This document shows positions 57,501 through 64,000 of a DNA stretch of 64,000 nt, in pieces. The notes under the pieces are model-generated. The model had not been told where the DNA came from. It ran no database searches and worked only from the letters and a program-made list of their open reading frames with translations. Positions within the stretch are counted from its first letter, which is position 1. Each line of letters opens with the position of its first letter. Origin of the DNA: Auanema rhodensis (taxonomy: Eukaryota; Animalia; Nematoda); NCBI GenBank assembly GCA_964057225.1, contig CAXKVF010000080.1, forward strand, positions 62,001 through 126,000. The letters are read 5' to 3'. A program made the position numbers and the translations under genes.

Positions 57501-60180
57501 ATTGGTGCATGGTAACCATGACTTTGAAATTTACGTGAACTTTAATTTATGCTAATTAAATGTACACGTGATGTGCACTTGGTATGTAACTCGCTTCACG
57601 TGAAAGATAAAGAGATGCGGTTTTCAAAATTAGATTCCCCATGTCCATATTAGTCTAAAAACAAATTTTTATTGATATTGGTTCATGGTAACCATGACTT
57701 TGAAATTTACGTGAACTTTAATTTATGCTAATTAAATGTACACGTGATGTGCACTTGGTATGTAACTCGCTTCACGTGAAAGATAAAGAGATGTGGTTTT
57801 CAAAATTAGATTCCCCATGTCCATATTAGTCTAAAAACAAATTTTTATTGATATTGCTTCATGGTAACCATGACTTTGAAATTTACGTGAACTTTAATTT
57901 ATGCTAATTAAATGTACACGTGATGTGCACTTGGTATGTAACTCGCTTCACGTGAAAGATAAAGAAATGCGGTTTTCAAAATTAGATTCCTCATGTCCAT
58001 ATTAGTCTAAAAACAAATTTTTATTGATATTGGTTCATGGTAACCATGACTTTGAAATTTACGTGAACTTTAATTTATGCTAATTAAATGTACACGTGAT
58101 GTGCACTTGGTATGTAACTCGCTTCACGTGAAAGATAAAGAGATGCGGTTTTCAAAATTAGATTCCCCATGTCCATATTAGTCTAAAAACAAATTTTTAT
58201 TGATATTGCTTCATGGTAACCATGACTTTGAAATTTACGTGAACTTTAATTTATGCTAATTAAATGTACACGTGATGTGCACTTGGTATGTAACTCGCTT
58301 CACGTGAAAGATAAAGAGATGCGGTTTTCAAAATTAGATTCCCCATGTCCATATTAGTCTAAAAACAAATTTTTATTGATATTGCTTCATGGTAACCATG
58401 ACTTTGAAATTTACGTGAACTTTAATTTATGCTAATTAAATGTACACGTGATGTGCACTTGGTATGTAACTCGCTTCACGTGAAAGATAAAGAGATTCGG
58501 TTTTCAAAATTAGATTCCCCATGTCCATATTAGTCTAAAAACAAATTTTTATTGATATTGGTGCATGGTAACCATGACTTTGAAATTTACGTGAACTTTA
58601 ATTTATGCTAATTAAATGTACACGTGATGTGCACTTGGTATGTAACTCGCTTCACGTGAAAGATAAAGAGATGCGGTTTTCAAAATTAGATTCCCCATGT
58701 CCATATTAGTCTAAAAACAAATTTTTATTGATATTGGTTCATGGTAACCATGACTTTGAAATTTACGTGAACTTTAATTTATGCTAATTAAATGTACACG
58801 TGATGTGCACTTGGTATGTAACTCGCTTCACGTGAAAGATAAAGAGATGCGGTTTTCAAAATTAGATTCCCCATGTCCATATTAGTCTAAAAACAAATTT
58901 TTATTGATATTGGTGCATGGTAACCATGACTTTGAAATTTACGTGAACTTTAATTTATGCTAATTAAATGTACACGTGATGTGCACTTGGTATGTAACTC
59001 GCTTCACGTGAAAGATAAAGAGATGCGGTTTTCAAAATTAGATTCCCCATGTCCATATTAGTCTAAAAACAAATTTTTATTGATATTGGTTCATGGTAAC
59101 CATGACTTTGAAATTTACGTGAACTTTAATTTATGCTAATTAAATGTACACGTGATGTGCACTTGGTATGTAACTCGCTTCACGTGAAAGATAAAGAGAT
59201 GCGGTTTTCAAAATTAGATTCCCCATGTCCATATTAGTCTAAAAACAAATTTTTATTGATATTGGTTCATGGTAACCATGACTTTGAAATTTACGTGAAC
59301 TTTAATTTATGCTAATTAAATGTACACGTGATGTGCACTTGGTATGTAACTCGCTTCACGTGAAAGATAAAGAGATGTGGTTTTCAAAATTAGATTCCCC
59401 ATGTCCATATTAGTCTAAAAACAAATTTTTATTGATATTGCTTCATGGTAACCATGACTTTGAAATTTACGTGAACTTTAATTTATGCTAATTAAATGTA
59501 CACGTGATGTGCACTTGGTATGTAACTCGCTTCACGTGAAAGATAAAGAAATGCGGTTTTCAAAATTAGATTCCTCATGTCCATATTAGTCTAAAAACAA
59601 ATTTTTATTGATATTGGTTCATGGTAACCATGACTTTGAAATTTACGTGAACTTTAATTTATGCTAATTAAATGTACACGTGATGTGCACTTGGTATGTA
59701 ACTCGCTTCACGTGAAAGATAAAGAGATGCGGTTTTCAAAATTAGATTCCCCATGTCCATATTAGTCTAAAAACAAATTTTTATTGATATTGCTTCATGG
59801 TAACCATGACTTTGAAATTTACGTGAACTTTAATTTATGCTAATTAAATGTACACGTGATGTGCACTTGGTATGTAACTCGCTTCACGTGAAAGATAAAG
59901 AGATGCGGTTTTGAAAATTAGATTCCCCATGTCCATATTAGTCTAAAAACAAATTTTTATTGATATTGCTTCATGGTAACCATGACTTTGAAATTTACGT
60001 GAACTTTAATTTATGCTAATTAAATGTACACGTGATGTGCACTTGGTATGTAACTCGCTTCACGTGAAAGATAAAGAAATGCGGTTTTCAAAATTAGATT
60101 CCTCATGTCCATATTAGTCTAAAAACAAATTTTTATTGATATTGGTTCATGGTAACCATGACTTTGAAATTTACGTGAAC
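54550..60180. repeat. 8-9-monomer higher-order repeat run
   Basis: GATGTGG monomer followed by an AGAAATG+TCCTCATG monomer at 54802, 56386, 57794 and 59378 (gaps of 9, 8 and 9 monomers). Confidence 0.82.
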
Positions 60181-60357
60181 TTTAATTTATGCTTATTAAA
60201 TGTACACGTGATGTGCACTTGGTATGTAACTCGCTTCACGTGAAAGATAAAGAGATGCGGTTTTCAAAATTAGATTCCCCATGTCCATATTAGTCTAAAA
60301 ACAAATTTTTATTGATATTGGTGCATGGTAACCATGACTTTGAAATTTACGTGAACT

Positions 60358-63300
60358 TTAATTTATGCTAATTAAATGTACACGTGATGTGCACTTGGTA
60401 TGTAACTCGCTTCACGTGAAAGATAAAGAGATGCGGTTTTCAAAATTAGATTCCCCATGTCCATATTAGTCTGAAAACAAATTTTTATTGATATTGGTTC
60501 ATGGTAACCATGACTTTGAAATTTACGTGAACTTTAATTTATGCTAATTAAATGTACACGTGATGTGCACTTGGTATGTAACTCGCTTCACGTGAAAGAT
60601 AAAGAGATGCGGTTTTCAAAATTAGATTCCCCATGTCCATATTAGTCTAAAAACAAATTTTTATTGATATTGGTGCATGGTAACCATGACTTTGAAATTT
60701 ACGTGAACTTTAATTTATGCTAATTAAATGTACACGTGATGTGCACTTGGTATGTAATTCGCTTCACGTGAAAGATAAAGAGATGCGGTTTTCAAAATTA
60801 GATTCCCCATGTCCATATTAGTCTAAAAACAAATTTTTATTGATATTGGTTCATGGTAACCATGACTTTGAAATTTACGTGAACTTTAATTAATGCTAAT
60901 TAAATGTACACGTGATGTGCACTTGGTATGTAACTCGCTTCACGTGAAAGATAAAGAGATGCGGTTTTCAAAATTAGATTCCCCATGTCCATATTAGTCT
61001 AAAAACAAATTTTTATTGATATTGCTTCATGGTAACCATGACTTTGAAATTTACGTGAACTTTAATTTATGCTAATTAAATGTACACGTGATGTGCACTT
61101 GGTATGTAACTCGCTTCACGTGAAAGATAAAGAGATGCGGTTTTCAAAATTAGATTCCCCATGTCCATATTAGTCTAAAAACAAATTTTTATTGATATTG
61201 GTTCATGGTAACCATGACTTTGAAATTTACGTGAACTTTAATTTATGCTAATTAAATGTACACGTGATGTGCACTTGGTATGTAACTCGCTTCACGTGAA
61301 AGATAAAGAGATGCGGTTTTCAAAATTAGATTCCCCATGTCCATATTAGTCTAAAAACAAATTTTTATTGATATTGGTGCATGGTAACCATGACTTTGAA
61401 ATTTACGTGAACTTTAATTTATGCTAATTAAATGTACACGTGATGTGCACTTGGTATGTAACTCGCTTCACGTGAAAGATAAAGAGATGCGGTTCTCAAA
61501 ATTAGATTCCCCATGTCCATATTAGTCTAAAAACAAATTTTTATTGATATTGGTGCATGGTAACCATGACTTTGAAATTTACGTGAACTTTAATTTATGC
61601 TAATTAAATGTACACGTGATGTGCACTTGGTATGTAACTCGCTTCACGTGAAAGATAAAGAAATGCGGTTTTCAAAATTAGATTCCCCATGTCCATATTA
61701 GTCTAAAAACAAATTTTTATTGATATTGGTTCATGGTAACCATGACTTTGAAATTTACGTGAACTTTAATTTATGCTAATTAAATGTACACGTGATGTGC
61801 ACTTGGTATGTAACTCGCTTCACGTGAAAGATAAAGAGATGCGGTTTTCAAAATTAGATTCCCCATGTCCATATTAGTCTAAAAACAAATTTTTATTGAT
61901 ATTGGTTCATGGTAACCATGACTTTGAAATTTACGTGAACTTTAATTAATGCTAATTAAATGTACACGTGATGTGCACTTGGTATGTAACTCGCTTCACG
62001 TGAAAGATAAAGAGATGCGGTTTTCAAAATTAGATTCCCCATGTCCATATTAGTCTGAAAACAAATTTTTATTGATATTGGTTCATGGTAACCATGACTT
62101 TGAAATTTACGTGAACTTTAATTTATGCTAATTAAATGTACACGTGATGTGCACTTGGTATGTAACTCGCTTCACGTGAAAGATAAAGAGATGCGGTTTT
62201 CAAAATTAGATTCCCCATGTCCATATTAGTCTAAAAACAAATTTTTATTGATATTGGTGCATGGTAACCATGACTTTGAAATTTACGTGAACTTTAATTT
62301 ATGCTAATTAAATGTACACGTGATGTGCACTTGGTATGTAATTCGCTTCACGTGAAAGATAAAGAGATGCGGTTTTCAAAATTAGATTCCCCATGTCCAT
62401 ATTAGTCTAAAAACAAATTTTTATTGATATTGGTTCATGGTAACCATGACTTTGAAATTTACGTGAACTTTAATTAATGCTAATTAAATGTACACGTGAT
62501 GTGCACTTGGTATGTAACTCGCTTCACGTGAAAGATAAAGAGATGCGGTTTTCAAAATTAGATTCCCCATGTCCATATTAGTCTAAAAACAAATTTTTAT
62601 TGATATTGCTTCATGGTAACCATGACTTTGAAATTTACGTGAACTTTAATTTATGCTAATTAAATGTACACGTGATGTGCACTTGGTATGTAACTCGCTT
62701 CACGTGAAAGATAAAGAGATGCGGTTTTCAAAATTAGATTCCCCATGTCCATATTAGTCTAAAAACAAATTTTTATTGATATTGGTTCATGGTAACCATG
62801 ACTTTGAAATTTACGTGAACTTTAATTTATGCTAATTAAATGTACACGTGATGTGCACTTGGTATGTAACTCGCTTCACGTGAAAGATAAAGAGATGCGG
62901 TTTTCAAAATTAGATTCCCCATGTCCATATTAGTCTAAAAACAAATTTTTATTGATATTGGTGCATGGTAACCATGACTTTGAAATTTACGTGAACTTTA
63001 ATTTATGCTAATTAAATGTACACGTGATGTGCACTTGGTATGTAACTCGCTTCACGTGAAAGATAAAGAGATGCGGTTCTCAAAATTAGATTCCCCATGT
63101 CCATATTAGTCTAAAAACAAATTTTTATTGATATTGGTGCATGGTAACCATGACTTTGAAATTTACGTGAACTTTAATTTATGCTAATTAAATGTACACG
63201 TGATGTGCACTTGGTATGTAACTCGCTTCACGTGAAAGATAAAGAAATGCGGTTTTCAAAATTAGATTCCCCATGTCCATATTAGTCTAAAAACAAATTT

Positions 63301-63525
63301 TTATTGATATTGGTTCATGGTAACCATGACTTTGAAATTTACGTGAACTTTAATTTATGCTAATTAAATGTACACGTGATGTGCACTTGGTATGTAACTC
63401 GCTTCACGTGAAAGATAAAGAGATGCGGTTTTCAAAATTAGATTCCCCATGTCCATATTAGTCTAAAAACAAATTTTTATTGATATTGGTTCATGGTAAC
63501 CATGACTTTGAAATTTACGTGAACT
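60358..63525. repeat. Tandem duplication of a 9-monomer (1584 bp) unit
   Basis: CTGAAA ~60473/62057, GTAATTC 60758/62342, GGTTCTC 61495/63079, AGAAATG ~61661/63245. Confidence 0.9.
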
Positions 63526-64000
63526 TTAATTAATGCTAATTAAATGTACACGTGATGTGCACTTGGTATGTAACTCGCTTCACGTGAAAGATAAAGAGAT
63601 GCGGTTTTCAAAATTAGATTCCCCATGTCCATATTAGTCTAAAAACAAATTTTTATTGATATTGCTTCATGGTAACCATGACTTTGAAATTTACGTGAAC
63701 TTTAATTTATGCTAATTAAATGTACACGTGATGTGCACTTGGTATGTAACTCGCTTCACGTGAAAGATAAAGAGATGCGGTTTTCAAAATTAGATTCCCC
63801 ATGTCCATATTAGTCTAAAAACAAATTTTTATTGATATTGCTTCATGGTAACCATGACTTTGAAATTTACGTGAACTTTAATTTATGCTAATTAAATGTA
63901 CACGTGATGTGCACTTGGTATGTAACTCGCTTCACGTGAAAGATAAAGAGATGCGGTTTTCAAAATTAGATTCCCCATGTCCATATTAGTCTAAAAACAA

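Larger units (their letters stand above)
1..64000. repeat. Tandem satellite DNA array, 176-bp monomer, ~363.7 copies, centromere-like; continues past both window edges
   Basis: TTAATTTATGCTAATTAAATG recurs at 1, 177, 353, 529, etc. The last monomer starts at 63878 = 363x176+1-11, matching the indels seen (ten 1-bp deletions, one +3, one -4). No non-satellite sequence or inversion was seen. Confidence 0.99.

Noticed and set aside
1-64000. CRISPR array or other repeat-spacer system
   Set aside because: There are no unique spacers: the full 176 bp repeats, and no cas or other genes are present.
1-64000. Artefactual concatemer (rolling-circle amplification or collapsed assembly)
   Set aside because: Variants are regionally structured and inherited in nested blocks, as expected for a genuine evolving array; individual duplications still need read validation.

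Overview
The whole 64 kb window is one uninterrupted head-to-tail tandem array of a 176-bp AT-rich (~32% GC) satellite: 363 complete monomers plus a 123-bp partial, all in one orientation, with most monomers within 0-3 differences of consensus. No genes, RNA genes, CRISPR spacers or transposon insertions are visible. The two 60-aa ORFs arise from a single TAG->TGG substitution in the monomer. Monomer length, homogeneity and layered higher-order duplications (8- to 17-mers, plus blocks duplicated 25, 50 and 73 monomers apart) resemble a eukaryotic centromeric or pericentromeric satellite, but I cannot assign the family or organism. The monomer appears bipartite: one half carries three ACGTGA/E-box cores spaced 32-33 bp apart, and the other half is an 84-bp degenerate palindrome. 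Most variation falls in one 4-bp site (monomer positions 139-142) whose alleles change by region. All variant positions were read by eye, so some may be missed or off by a base or two. I found no protein-based system; the notable biology is satellite architecture and evolution.
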